A stretch of DNA of 64,000 nt, taken from Cyclobacteriaceae bacterium (GTDB lineage: Bacteria > Bacteroidota > Bacteroidia > Cytophagales > Cyclobacteriaceae). The notes under the pieces are model-generated. The model saw nothing but the letters and a program-made list of their open reading frames with translations. It searched no databases and was not told where the DNA came from. This document shows, piece after piece, positions 27,796 to 38,003 of the stretch. Numbering within the stretch: position 1 is the first letter of the stretch; every line of letters begins with the position of its first letter. The position numbers and the translations under genes are program-made. The stretch is taken from positions 1,990 to 65,989 of the forward strand of contig JAKLJG010000013.1 in the NCBI GenBank assembly GCA_023151255.1. The letters run 5' to 3'.

Positions 27796-28698
27796 ATGTT
27801 AAAAATTGCTTGGGCGCCATCGTATGTTTTAAAGCTACCTCCCAATCATCGTTTTCCGATGAGCAAGTACGAGGTGCTTCCTCAGCAACTTTTATACGAG
27901 GGCACCATTAAACAAGAAAACTTATTTGCACCCACACCCTTGAAGGAGGCTACCATCCTTCAAACCCATGAAAAAGAGTATTGGCTTAAACTGAATACAT
28001 TAACTCTGTCGCCTCAGGAAATAAGACGCACAGGATTCCCGCTAAGCGCGGAACTGGTAAACAGGGAGATAACCATTATGAACGGCACGGTTCTATGTAC
28101 CGAATTTGCTTTAGAACACGGAATTGCCATGAACATTGCCGGTGGCACGCATCATGCCTTCACCTATAAAGGCGAAGGTTTTTGCCTGCTGAACGATATA
28201 GCCATTGCCGCAAACTACCTGTTGGCCAATAACCGCGTTAAGCAAATTCTGGTTGTTGATCTGGACGTTCATCAGGGAAACGGCACCGCACAGATTTTTA
28301 GAACCGATCCTCGGGTGTTTACCTTCTCCATGCACGGAGCCAACAATTATCCACTAATTAAGGAATCATCCGATTTGGATATCGGGCTACCCGATGGCAC
28401 TAATGATGCATTTTATTTGAAAACACTGGATACGAATCTGAAGAATCTGCTTGATAAAGTTCAACCCGATTTCATCTTTTTTCAGTCGGGTGTGGATATT
28501 CTTGAAACCGACAAGCTGGGTAAACTTTCGGTTTCGCGCGATGGATGTAAACAGCGAGACCGGATTGTGTTGGAGGCCGCCAAACGAAACCGCATACCGC
28601 TGGTGGCCAGCATGGGCGGGGGCTATTCCGAAAACTTTCGCGACATCATCGAGGCCCATGCCAATACCTACCGGCTGGCCCAGGAAATTTTCTTTTGA
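27796..28698 (+). CDS. histone deacetylase-family (arginase-fold) deacetylase
   Basis: 300 aa with the motifs GGTHHAF and DLDVHQGNG. Confidence 0.85.
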   Translation: MLKIAWAPSYVLKLPPNHRFPMSKYEVLPQQLLYEGTIKQENLFAPTPLKEATILQTHEKEYWLKLNTLTLSPQEIRRTGFPLSAELVNREITIMNGTVLCTEFALEHGIAMNIAGGTHHAFTYKGEGFCLLNDIAIAANYLLANNRVKQILVVDLDVHQGNGTAQIFRTDPRVFTFSMHGANNYPLIKESSDLDIGLPDGTNDAFYLKTLDTNLKNLLDKVQPDFIFFQSGVDILETDKLGKLSVSRDGCKQRDRIVLEAAKRNRIPLVASMGGGYSENFRDIIEAHANTYRLAQEIFF

Positions 28699-28920
28699 TT
28701 AGATTTTTACAAGCTTATCTTGCACTTTGGCAATAAGTGCATGCCCTTTACCTCTTCGCATCCAGTCCTTGTATTACCGCTAACCAGGTTAATGCGCATT
28801 TTTATTACTGCTTCTGCACTGGTAACCGGAAGTATCAAACCTGCTTTAAATACTCTTTAAAATGAAAGTGTCTGGCTCGTTTAGGAATGGTAAGCAATTT
28901 TAATAAGGTACGTTCATCGC

Positions 28921-30396
28921 ATGTCTCAACAACGTAAAAATTCACTGTGGCCGGTTATTACCGCCTCATCAGTTGGTACACTAATCGAGTGGTACGATTT
29001 TTACATCTTTGGCAGCCTGGCTACCATTCTTTCCGAGCAGTTTTTTCCCAAGACGAATCCAACGGCTGCCTTCCTTTCTACACTGGCTACGTTCGCAGCC
29101 GGTTTTATCGTAAGGCCCTTTGGAGCACTGGTCTTCGGGCGGCTGGGCGATAAAGTCGGCCGAAAATACACCTTCCTGATCACGCTCGTGCTGATGGGAA
29201 CATCTACTTTCCTAATCGGGCTTGTGCCGGGCTACGAAACCATCGGATTGTTTGCCCCGCTTATCGTACTGATCCTCCGGTTGGTGCAAGGGCTCGCCCT
29301 GGGAGGCGAATATGGAGGCGCGGCAACCTATGTGGCAGAGCACTCCCCACCAGGGAAACGCGGGTTTTACACAAGTTTTATTCAGACTACTGCCACGTTG
29401 GGGTTATTTGTATCGCTCGGTGTAATTGTTTTCATCCGGCAAACGATGGGGATCGAAGAGTTTACCACATGGGGCTGGCGCATTCCGTTTCTTCTTTCGG
29501 CTATTCTGGTGGGGATATCCATTTACATCCGCCTGCGCATGGAGGAATCTCCTTTGTTTACTGAGATCAAGTCAAAAGGAAAATTATCTGTTAACCCCAT
29601 CAAGGAAAGTTTTGGTAAAAAGGAAAACCTGAAGTGGGTGCTGCTCGCACTTTTTGGCGCAACAGCAGGGCAGGGGGTAGTGTGGTACACCGGCCAGTTT
29701 TACGCGCTCTCCTTTATTCAAAAGACGTGTAACATCGAGTTTGTTCAGTCGAACTACATAGTAGCCATCGCTTTGCTTATCGCCACCCCTCTGTTTATTT
29801 TTTTCGGGTGGTGGTCAGATAAAATCGGGAGGAAGCACATCATGATGGCCGGAATGGTTCTGGCGGTTTTTCTCTATCGGCCGGTATACAAAACCATGGT
29901 AAGAATTAGCGATCCAACAATAAAAGCGGAGCAATCGGCAGGAGAGCCGTTTGAGTCGGTAACGGTCACCTCGTCAGGCGATACTACTCGTGTTTATAAA
30001 ATTGAACGCCATTTTACAGATGGCACAACTCTTTTGGAAACAATTACGCAAAAGGGTAATTCAAAGGAAGCAAAGAGGGAGGTTCGCCTTGCCGGTACGA
30101 ATTACCGGCTTATGATTGCCCTCATTGCCGTGCAGGTGTTGTTTGTAACCATGGTGTACGGCCCGATAGCGGCATTCCTGGTTGAATTGTTCCCGACCCG
30201 AATCCGCTATACATCCATGTCGCTCCCGTACCACATCGGCAATGGAATATTTGGCGGGCTGACCCCCTTTATTGCTACGGCCCTCGCAACCACAGGTGGC
30301 CCGTTTGCAGGGCTTTGGTACCCGATGGCTGTTGCCTCGTTGTGTGCCGTTGTCGGAATAATCTTTTTGCCGAACCGGTCAAATGCCGAACTTTAG
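28921..30396 (+). CDS. MFS transporter, metabolite:H+ symporter-like
   Basis: 491 aa with MFS motif A (FGRLGDKVGRK) and about 12 hydrophobic segments. A soluble insert of about 70 aa lies in the C-terminal half. Confidence 0.85.
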   Translation: MSQQRKNSLWPVITASSVGTLIEWYDFYIFGSLATILSEQFFPKTNPTAAFLSTLATFAAGFIVRPFGALVFGRLGDKVGRKYTFLITLVLMGTSTFLIGLVPGYETIGLFAPLIVLILRLVQGLALGGEYGGAATYVAEHSPPGKRGFYTSFIQTTATLGLFVSLGVIVFIRQTMGIEEFTTWGWRIPFLLSAILVGISIYIRLRMEESPLFTEIKSKGKLSVNPIKESFGKKENLKWVLLALFGATAGQGVVWYTGQFYALSFIQKTCNIEFVQSNYIVAIALLIATPLFIFFGWWSDKIGRKHIMMAGMVLAVFLYRPVYKTMVRISDPTIKAEQSAGEPFESVTVTSSGDTTRVYKIERHFTDGTTLLETITQKGNSKEAKREVRLAGTNYRLMIALIAVQVLFVTMVYGPIAAFLVELFPTRIRYTSMSLPYHIGNGIFGGLTPFIATALATTGGPFAGLWYPMAVASLCAVVGIIFLPNRSNAEL

Positions 30397-30399
30397 GTA

Positions 30400-32721
30400 A
30401 TGGCAAAAAAATCGCAATGGGCGGAGATCGGAAAACGGAAACTGGAGCTTTCCAATCTTGACAAAGTACTTTTTCCGGAAGACGGGATTGTAAAAGCCGA
30501 AGTCATAGAATACTACCTGAAGATTGCCCCAACAATTTTAACCCACATTAAAGGCAGGGCACTCACGTTGATTCGGTATCCCGATGGCATCCATGGCGAG
30601 ATGTTCTACCAGAAAAACAGACCGGAGTGGGCACCTCCGTGGGTTGAGTTTGAAAAGCTGGGCAAGGAAGAAAAGAAAGACTATATCATTGCTACCGAAC
30701 CGGCAACATTGGTGTGGCTGGCCAACTTGGCAGCACTTGAACTCCACCAACTTCACAGCCGCAGACCAAGATTCGATTTTCCCGATTATATCGTATTTGA
30801 TCTTGATCCGCCTGAGGGATACGATTTCAAAAAGGTTGTTCCGATTGCTTTCGATCTAAAGGAATACGTTGAATCATTTGGTTATACCGCCTTTGCAAAA
30901 ACTACCGGGGGAAAGGGCATCCACATCTGCTGCCCGATTGAACCCAAATTTGATTTTCATACCGTATTCGAAAGTGCCCAACTTATTGCACAACCCTTTG
31001 TTGAACGCCATGCGTCAATAACAACACTGCATATAAAAAAGGAAGCCCGAAAAGGGCGCTTGCTGATTGACATATACCGGATTCGTTCGGGCCAGAGCAT
31101 TGTATCGCCATACAGTTTACGCGGAAGAGTGGGTGCACCGGTATCGATGCCCTTGAAATGGGAAGAACTGGCAGTTCTCACTAAACCTGTTGAGTACAAC
31201 ATTCATACAGTGCTCGATAAAGTGTTAACGGATGGTGATGCCTGGGAAGGCATTGATGCCTATGCCGTTGAGTTGCACAACCACCGAACAAAGAAGCATA
31301 TAAAAGAGCTTCCTGTTTCAAAAAAGCGAAAAACCCCGGCCCAACTCGAGTCCTATGAAAAAAAACGCGACTTCAAGAAAACGGCCGAACCCGCAGCACA
31401 CCTGGCCGAAGGATCGGGGAACAACTTTGTAGTTCATCGTCACCATGCTTCACATCTTCATTATGATTTAAGGCTGGAGCAGGATGGGGTGCTTAAATCA
31501 TGGGCAGTGCCCAAAGGTTTACCACCGCATCCCGGTGTAAAGCGACTGGCTATACAAACCGAAGACCACCCCATGAAGTATCTTACATTCGATGGTACAA
31601 TACCGAAAGGACAATATGGCGGTGGCGAAATGTGGATTTATGCCCTAGGCAAATACACGATCACTAAAGAGAAGAAAGACGGCTTCTATTTCAGATTAAA
31701 CAGTAAAGAAATTACAGGTGAGTATCGGATTTATCGGATTAAGGATAAAGAGTTTTTACTCGAGCGTGTTGATACCCCCCAGATTAACTACCTCCACGAT
31801 CCCATTGAACCCATGCTTTCAGGAAGTTCAGAAAAATTGCCTGCCGGTAATAACTACTTGTTTGAAGTAAAGTGGGACGGCATCCGCGCACTGATTGCGC
31901 TGGAAGACGGCCAGATAAGCATACGAAGCCGCAACCGGAATGATATTACCAAACAGTTTCCTGAATTGCTTTCGGCCGATAAGGCTTTTCGTGCAACGTG
32001 CGGGCTTTTCGATGCGGAGATTGTTTGCCTGAACAGGCAAGGTAAACCCGAATTTAAAAAAGTAATTAACCGACTTATGGCCTCGGGTGAAACAACCATT
32101 CTAAAACTTTCGAAGTCATCACCCGTATATTGTTACCTGTTTGATTGCCTGTATATGGATGGAAGGAGCCTGGTTAATGAGCCGCTGTATAGGCGTAAAG
32201 AGTGGCTCAAGGATGCCGTTAAAAGAGATACACCCTATCGTGTTAGCGAGTGGGTTGATGATGGCGCGGCATTACTGGAGGCGGCAAGAGAACACGACCT
32301 GGAGGGCATCATGGCTAAGGAGAAGGAAAGTAAATACTATCCCGGTAAAAGGAGCGATGTATGGCTTAAGATAAAAATCCGGAAAACAAGTGAGTGTGTA
32401 ATAATCGGCTATAATAAGGGCAAAGGTAACCGAAGCACTACGTTTGGCGGACTTCACCTTGCCGAAAGGGAGGGCAGTAAACTAATTTATCGGGGTAAGG
32501 TAGGAACAGGGTTTGATGATTCGACAATAAAAGAACTTGTTAATCAAATTAAAAAGCTGAAACCGATTAAAAAGCCGGTAGAAGGCAAGGTGCTTGATGA
32601 GAAGGTGTCTACCTGGGTTGAGCCGAAGATTATGATTGAAGTGAGTTATGCCTCATTAACTCCGGATAAAAATTTCCGTGAACCGGTGTTTGTACGGCTA
32701 CGGCCGGATTTGACGGTTTGA
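30400..32721 (+). CDS. ligD: DNA ligase D, domain order polymerase/primase - 3'-phosphoesterase - ATP-dependent ligase
   Basis: 773 aa. AEP polymerase motifs are FDLDPPEG and TGGKGIHI. The PE motif is FVVHRHHASHLHYDLRLE. The ligase adenylation motif is FEVKWDGIRAL. It starts 3 nt after the MFS stop. Confidence 0.9.
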   Translation: MAKKSQWAEIGKRKLELSNLDKVLFPEDGIVKAEVIEYYLKIAPTILTHIKGRALTLIRYPDGIHGEMFYQKNRPEWAPPWVEFEKLGKEEKKDYIIATEPATLVWLANLAALELHQLHSRRPRFDFPDYIVFDLDPPEGYDFKKVVPIAFDLKEYVESFGYTAFAKTTGGKGIHICCPIEPKFDFHTVFESAQLIAQPFVERHASITTLHIKKEARKGRLLIDIYRIRSGQSIVSPYSLRGRVGAPVSMPLKWEELAVLTKPVEYNIHTVLDKVLTDGDAWEGIDAYAVELHNHRTKKHIKELPVSKKRKTPAQLESYEKKRDFKKTAEPAAHLAEGSGNNFVVHRHHASHLHYDLRLEQDGVLKSWAVPKGLPPHPGVKRLAIQTEDHPMKYLTFDGTIPKGQYGGGEMWIYALGKYTITKEKKDGFYFRLNSKEITGEYRIYRIKDKEFLLERVDTPQINYLHDPIEPMLSGSSEKLPAGNNYLFEVKWDGIRALIALEDGQISIRSRNRNDITKQFPELLSADKAFRATCGLFDAEIVCLNRQGKPEFKKVINRLMASGETTILKLSKSSPVYCYLFDCLYMDGRSLVNEPLYRRKEWLKDAVKRDTPYRVSEWVDDGAALLEAAREHDLEGIMAKEKESKYYPGKRSDVWLKIKIRKTSECVIIGYNKGKGNRSTTFGGLHLAEREGSKLIYRGKVGTGFDDSTIKELVNQIKKLKPIKKPVEGKVLDEKVSTWVEPKIMIEVSYASLTPDKNFREPVFVRLRPDLTV

Positions 32722-32728
32722 TGATGCA

Positions 32729-33952
32729 CTATTTCTTCAGGCATAGTTTCCGCTCTAAACTTTCGTTAACATCAAATCCAAGTTCTTTTGCCTGCAATAA
32801 ATCCGTGCATGCATTAAGTTGGTTTCCAAGATTACTAAATGCCAAAGCACGGTTGTAAAACGCAGCGGCATAGTCTGGTTTATAAATTATTGCAACCGTG
32901 TAATCTTCAATGGCATTTGAGTAGTCATTTTTTAATGCCTGCAAATTTCCTCGGTTCAACCAGGCCTGTACAAAATCCTCCTGTAGCTCAATTGCCATGG
33001 TGTAGTCTGCGTAAGCGCCAGACAAATCATGGAGTTTTTCCTTAACAAGACCGCGGTTAAGCCAAATTTCCGGATCATCCGATTTAAGTTTCAGGGCTAT
33101 ATTATAATCAGCCAACGCCCCGGTAAAGTCTTTTTTTCCAAACCGGTACATGCCTCGGTGCAGATACGGATCTACTAAGAGCGAATCAGCTTGGATGGCA
33201 TCAGAAAACCGTTTTTCACGTGTTGCGTCATCGACATTCACTTCAAGTAAGGCAATGTGGTGCTTGGCAATCGCATGGTTAGGATTCAGTTGCAATGCTT
33301 TTTGCAGATCATCTAAGCTACTATTTACATTACATTGCTGCTTAGCGAGAAAACGGTTAAGGTAATAATCCGCATCGTTAGGATTACCCGCTATGGCAGA
33401 ATCAAGCCAGGCGATTGCAGTAGCACAAAATTTTAACTGCATATCGATCAGGCCAAGGTAATTGTATAATTGCGACCGTACATTACTTTGTGCCGTAACG
33501 ATCTGGTCTGTACCAGGGCGGTGAGCTGACTGCCTGTAAAAAACGGTGGAGGTCTCAATCATTGGTAAACTGAGCAGCCTGACGAAATCTTGTCTGGCAA
33601 ATTCCCATTGATTTAGTTGATAGCGGATGGTTGCCCGCTTAAAAAGCAACTCGTAGTTATCGGGTTGAAGTTCCAAACCGGTATTCAAGTCGGCTACTGC
33701 ACCGGAATAATCGTTTAAGAATTCTTTGCATGCCGCCCTCAGCACATAGGCATCAATATTTTTAGCATTCTCAAAAATTGAACGTGATAAATGTCTTATT
33801 GCCTCCACGTACCAACCTTTTCGATAACAGGCTAATCCCTTATCATACAAGTTCTCCGAAGTTTCATGGGTAAGTTGTGCTGTTGATTCCATGGACAGAA
33901 CCAGAAGTAGCAAAACACCCAAGAAAGCACTGCTTATCTTAAATGCTGGCAT
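32729..33952 (-). CDS. exported TPR-repeat protein
   Basis: 407 aa with a signal peptide and multiple TPR units. Its start overlaps the upstream OMP stop (TAATG). Confidence 0.75.
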   Translation of the reverse strand: MPAFKISSAFLGVLLLLVLSMESTAQLTHETSENLYDKGLACYRKGWYVEAIRHLSRSIFENAKNIDAYVLRAACKEFLNDYSGAVADLNTGLELQPDNYELLFKRATIRYQLNQWEFARQDFVRLLSLPMIETSTVFYRQSAHRPGTDQIVTAQSNVRSQLYNYLGLIDMQLKFCATAIAWLDSAIAGNPNDADYYLNRFLAKQQCNVNSSLDDLQKALQLNPNHAIAKHHIALLEVNVDDATREKRFSDAIQADSLLVDPYLHRGMYRFGKKDFTGALADYNIALKLKSDDPEIWLNRGLVKEKLHDLSGAYADYTMAIELQEDFVQAWLNRGNLQALKNDYSNAIEDYTVAIIYKPDYAAAFYNRALAFSNLGNQLNACTDLLQAKELGFDVNESLERKLCLKK

Positions 33953-34791
33953 TACGATTTTTTGTTGACGCCAATAAAAAAATTAAACTTTACCCTTACC
34001 AACGTTTCCAACCGCGGCTGGCCGGCAATAAATTTAGTAATGTGCAAGCCGGCAGCCGAGTGTTTGCCTATCATCCTTCCGAAATCAAACCTCAAAAATA
34101 AGAAGTAAGTTTCTTCAACAAATGTATAAGCGTATTCTGTATTCATGCTTACCCATCCGTTCCAGTCATCCATAACGTAAGTAAAGGGTAAGGCCAGGGT
34201 TATGTACTGCAGTTTCTCATCCTTGTCAGGATTCTCTAAATCAGGAACGCCATCAGCACCACCGCGGCTGTTCACTCGTGTGCCGGAAAACTGAAACCGT
34301 ACTTCAGGATACACACTAAAAGCCGGGCTTGGCTGTACAGAAAAAATTACTCCAGGTTTATAGAGCCACGAGCCTACACCATGACCTAAGTCGGCATTGC
34401 CAGTCGGGGCAGTGACATCCAAATAGCAGGATACACGTTCAAGGCCCAACGGGGTTTTCTTGACATAGGGTGCCCCCATGTAACTCATCCGGATATCGCC
34501 AATACCGGTGGTGTTTTCGTAACCGGCAAAATCAGCGTTAAAAATACTATGCACCAACGGAATCGATAAACCGAAAGCATGACGGCCGTTAGGGATTCCG
34601 TAATAAAACCCGGCCCGCGCCACAAAAAATTTATTGTCCGCAACGAAATAATAGGAGTCAAAATCCAACGCTACCCGACTCTGAACGTTAGCCGGATCGT
34701 ACATCCGATGTTCAAAAATTTGACCTTGAGAGAATGCCGAAAAGCCAATACCCGAAATAAACCATGTCACTATAATTCTGCGCATCGACAA
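33952..34791 (-). CDS. putative outer-membrane beta-barrel protein
   Basis: 279 aa with a signal peptide (GFSAFSQ) and aromatic/Gly-rich beta-strand periodicity. Confidence 0.6.
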   Translation of the reverse strand: MSMRRIIVTWFISGIGFSAFSQGQIFEHRMYDPANVQSRVALDFDSYYFVADNKFFVARAGFYYGIPNGRHAFGLSIPLVHSIFNADFAGYENTTGIGDIRMSYMGAPYVKKTPLGLERVSCYLDVTAPTGNADLGHGVGSWLYKPGVIFSVQPSPAFSVYPEVRFQFSGTRVNSRGGADGVPDLENPDKDEKLQYITLALPFTYVMDDWNGWVSMNTEYAYTFVEETYFLFLRFDFGRMIGKHSAAGLHITKFIAGQPRLETLVRVKFNFFIGVNKKS

Positions 34792-34889
34792 CCGGAGATA
34801 TGCAAGGTAATAAGCAATAAATAATATTCGGTAAAATACTTTATATCAATAAATTAGATTAGTATATTTAATCCCTTAAAGTAAGTAAA

Positions 34890-35735
34890 ATGAGAGCCAT
34901 CTGGAGAGGTCACATTCGATTTTCGCTGGTTACAATTCCCATTCGGATCTATAATGCCATTGATACTGCACAAACCATCAGTTTCAACCTGTTGTCGCGT
35001 GAGGGGCATAATCCGGTAGCTTATGAAAAGAAGGATAAAGTAACCGGAAAGATTTTGCGTAATGAAGATATTGTTAAGGGGTATCAGTACGAGCCTGGCC
35101 AGTTTGTAATTATTGAGCAGGAAGATTTAGACAAAGTTAAACTGAAGAGCACCAAGGTTATCGAGATTGATGGGTTTGTTAAGGCTGAAGAAGTACATCC
35201 TACGTTATACGAATCACCCTACTTTATAGGCCCGGATGGTGATGTGGCTGCCAAAACGTACGCCCTGTTGGCTGCAACACTTAAAGAATCGGGTAAAGTG
35301 GGGGTAGGTAAAGTTGTTCTGCGCGACCGTGAAACACCGGTTTTGCTCAATCCACATGAAGGAGGCATTCTCATGTACAGGCTCCGCTATCCTAGCGAAG
35401 TTCGAAGTATAAAGGAAGTTCCGCAATTACTTGAGGCCAGGGCCGATAAGGAGCAGCTTAAACTGGCGAAATCGCTGGTTGATTCCATGACAACAAAATT
35501 TGCCAACATAAAAATGGAAGATCAGTATGCCGATGAGTTGAAAAAGATCATTCAAGCCAAGATTGAAGGCAAAGAAATCATATCCATTGAAGAGGCCGAA
35601 CCTGAAGTTATTGATATAATGACTGCCCTTAAAGCCAGCATTGAACGCGCCAAAAAGAAACCTATGGAGAAAGCAAAGGGTGCTGTAGCAGCAAAAACAA
35701 GCAAGCAGAAGACGCTAAAACGGAAGGCGAGCTGA
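34890..35735 (+). CDS. ku: Ku protein (NHEJ DNA-end-binding)
   Basis: 281 aa with the characteristic N-terminus MRAIWRGHIRFSLVTIPIRIYNA and a Lys-rich C-terminal tail. Confidence 0.92.
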   Translation: MRAIWRGHIRFSLVTIPIRIYNAIDTAQTISFNLLSREGHNPVAYEKKDKVTGKILRNEDIVKGYQYEPGQFVIIEQEDLDKVKLKSTKVIEIDGFVKAEEVHPTLYESPYFIGPDGDVAAKTYALLAATLKESGKVGVGKVVLRDRETPVLLNPHEGGILMYRLRYPSEVRSIKEVPQLLEARADKEQLKLAKSLVDSMTTKFANIKMEDQYADELKKIIQAKIEGKEIISIEEAEPEVIDIMTALKASIERAKKKPMEKAKGAVAAKTSKQKTLKRKAS

Positions 35736-35780
35736 TAAGCATCATTATTTAGCTGATTGGGAATTTGTACCTTTGCAGTA

Positions 35781-36374
35781 ATGGCAAAGGTGGTAAAATT
35801 TCCCGGAACAACTCCCGAAAAATTTGGGCTTCAGCGTGCCCGTAAAAAGAAGGCTGTTGACCCAGGCAAGCTTGGTCAACTTACCTTATTCGGAGGTCGG
35901 GTTATTAAACTAAGCCACCTGACAACTTTTGAAGAGGCTTTAATGCTTGATGAAGCTGGCCATTATAATCAGGCCCGAGTGCTTTACCACAAAGCAATAG
36001 AGGAGGGTGATTTTGTTGCAGACGCCTGGTGCAACCTGGGGATAATCGAATCGCAAACCGGAGACCATGCGCGCGCCATTGATGCCTTTACCCGGTGCCT
36101 CAGTGAAGAGCCCCGGCATTATGAAGCGCACTATAATCTGGCTAACCTGTATGCCGAAGTAGGAAATTATGCGTTGGCAAAAGTGCACTATGCTATTGCT
36201 TCAGAAATTGAGCCGGCATTTCCAAACAGTTATTTCAATCTGGGGCTTACTTTAGCCATAAACCGGGAGTACACCGAAGCAATCCGCGCACTTAAAAAAT
36301 ACTGCAGCCTGACACCGGCCGATGAGCACAGGCCGGCTCTGGAGCTTATCGGCCAGCTTTCTTCGCTTGAGTAA
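35781..36374 (+). CDS. cytoplasmic TPR-repeat protein with a basic N-terminal tail
   Basis: I prefer the ATG at 35781 (MAKVVKFPGTTPEKFGLQRARKKK...). It has at least 3 TPR units, no signal peptide, and starts 45 nt after ku on the same strand. Confidence 0.7.
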   Translation: MAKVVKFPGTTPEKFGLQRARKKKAVDPGKLGQLTLFGGRVIKLSHLTTFEEALMLDEAGHYNQARVLYHKAIEEGDFVADAWCNLGIIESQTGDHARAIDAFTRCLSEEPRHYEAHYNLANLYAEVGNYALAKVHYAIASEIEPAFPNSYFNLGLTLAINREYTEAIRALKKYCSLTPADEHRPALELIGQLSSLE

Positions 36375-36377
36375 TTA

Positions 36378-37232
36378 TTAAACCGACCAAAAGGTCACAA
36401 AGAACAATAACAACCGATAGGCCTCAAGCGCGAGAAAAAGCCCTAAAATAACCAGCAGGCTTTTTATCCATAAACGCTTTCCTTGCTGGCCGTAAAATGT
36501 AGCTGAGGCGCGATAAACAAAGTATAGATTAGTCGCCACAAAAATTCCGGTCAACGTATTTTCATTAAGGTAATGCTGCCAGGGCAAATTGCCTAAGTGT
36601 AAAAGGCGGTTAATAATCCAAAGAATGGCTGAAAGCATAATGGCATTGATAAAGATATTAAAACATGCCAGTTCAACTGAAAGCGTTGCGTGATCAGTAA
36701 AGTATCGGTTTCTCTTTTTTAAATAAACAAGGCTGAGTGGGATGGAGGCCAGTACTACATAACCTACAACAAGCAACTTAGCCAGGCTTGTTGATTTGGC
36801 GTTGTACATCAATTCATAGCCCTGCAGGCTCACACCCGAGGCGGTAATTTTTTCCAGTACAAGCGTTCGCACCCAGGCACTGTGAAAGAGGTAGTACATC
36901 TGCGTTCGGAACGAGGAGTTAAAAAGCTGAAGTACAGGAAACAAAAAGTAAATCAGGTTTAGGATGAAGAATAATTGCAGAGGCCGCAGGTACTTTACCC
37001 GCCTGCCCTCGGCATATTCTTTTGAAAGAAACCCCGGGTTCCGGATGATCATCCATAACGTTTTAATAAACCGGCTATCGGCAAAAGTTATTGCAATAAG
37101 GATATTGGAGAGGAAGGCCTTAAAGGAGCGATCCTTCGGCTCGATTACTTTCTCTCCGCATAAATTGCAATACAATCCTGTAAACTGATTGCCGCAACTT
37201 TTGCAGGTTTGGGTGGTTGGCTCCTGATCCAT
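36378..37232 (-). CDS. DUF3667-like membrane protein with an N-terminal zinc ribbon
   Basis: 284 aa with CKSCGNQFTGLYCNLCGEK followed by several TM helices. Confidence 0.7.
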   Translation of the reverse strand: MDQEPTTQTCKSCGNQFTGLYCNLCGEKVIEPKDRSFKAFLSNILIAITFADSRFIKTLWMIIRNPGFLSKEYAEGRRVKYLRPLQLFFILNLIYFLFPVLQLFNSSFRTQMYYLFHSAWVRTLVLEKITASGVSLQGYELMYNAKSTSLAKLLVVGYVVLASIPLSLVYLKKRNRYFTDHATLSVELACFNIFINAIMLSAILWIINRLLHLGNLPWQHYLNENTLTGIFVATNLYFVYRASATFYGQQGKRLWIKSLLVILGLFLALEAYRLLLFFVTFWSV

Positions 37233-37244
37233 GTCCCGAAGATA

Positions 37245-37760
37245 TTACTTTTTGTGCCGGGCTATGATTCTCAAGGCGCGAGAACGATAACCAGGTGAAG
37301 CATAGGGTAGATGATCTTCCAGGATAAGGATTAATTCCCGTGCAAGCGAGGGCTGCTTCAGGGCAATGTTGGATAATACGGTCATGGCAAATACTTTAAC
37401 CGCAATTGCCTCAGTTTGATTAGTTAGCAAGCTAAAACAAATGGAAACTACTCTTCCCTGGAGTCGTATTGGTATATCAACAAACTGGAGCAGACGGATT
37501 ACATTTCGCTTAACTGCTACGGCCGCATTCTTCCGCGATACAATTACTACTAGTTTGTTCAGGTACGGTACAATAAGCTCAGGGTAATGCTCTGTACAAT
37601 AGGTTAATGGCCAAGCCGCACGCTGGGTAATGCGATAAGGGCCCTGAATGAATGCGTCAACAAGAGCGCTGAAACGGGCCGGATTATCGCCTATGTATTG
37701 AATAATCTTATTAACCTGTTTCTTCGTGGGTTTCATTCCTAATTCCGCCCTAATATCCAT
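37245..37760 (-). CDS. hypothetical helical-repeat protein (possibly AlkD-like DNA alkylation repair fold)
   Basis: 171-aa all-helical ORF. The functional similarity is a by-eye impression only. Confidence 0.5.
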   Translation of the reverse strand: MDIRAELGMKPTKKQVNKIIQYIGDNPARFSALVDAFIQGPYRITQRAAWPLTYCTEHYPELIVPYLNKLVVIVSRKNAAVAVKRNVIRLLQFVDIPIRLQGRVVSICFSLLTNQTEAIAVKVFAMTVLSNIALKQPSLARELILILEDHLPYASPGYRSRALRIIARHKK

Positions 37761-38003
37761 CTACTTTTGTAATTTGATATTTTATTATAACTATTTGATT
37801 TTGAGTATTTTTTATATATTTACTTAATTTTTTAATTAAATACTAAACTGGTGTGCCATGGAAATATTTTTTGCCATCATTTCTATTCTTGCTTTTGAGC
37901 TTGGTCTATGCATGTTCTGCTTTTTTAAGAAGTCTACCCAGGCTTTTCTTCCCAGGTAATCCACCCCACGCTTGGATTAGCCGGTAAGTCTCTAAATTTA
38001 AGG

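Noticed and set aside
28721-28741. 7-bp inverted repeat TGCACTT/AAGTGCA downstream of the HDAC-like gene as a terminator.
   Set aside because: The stem is short, no T-run follows, and the stability is marginal, so it is not reported as a feature.
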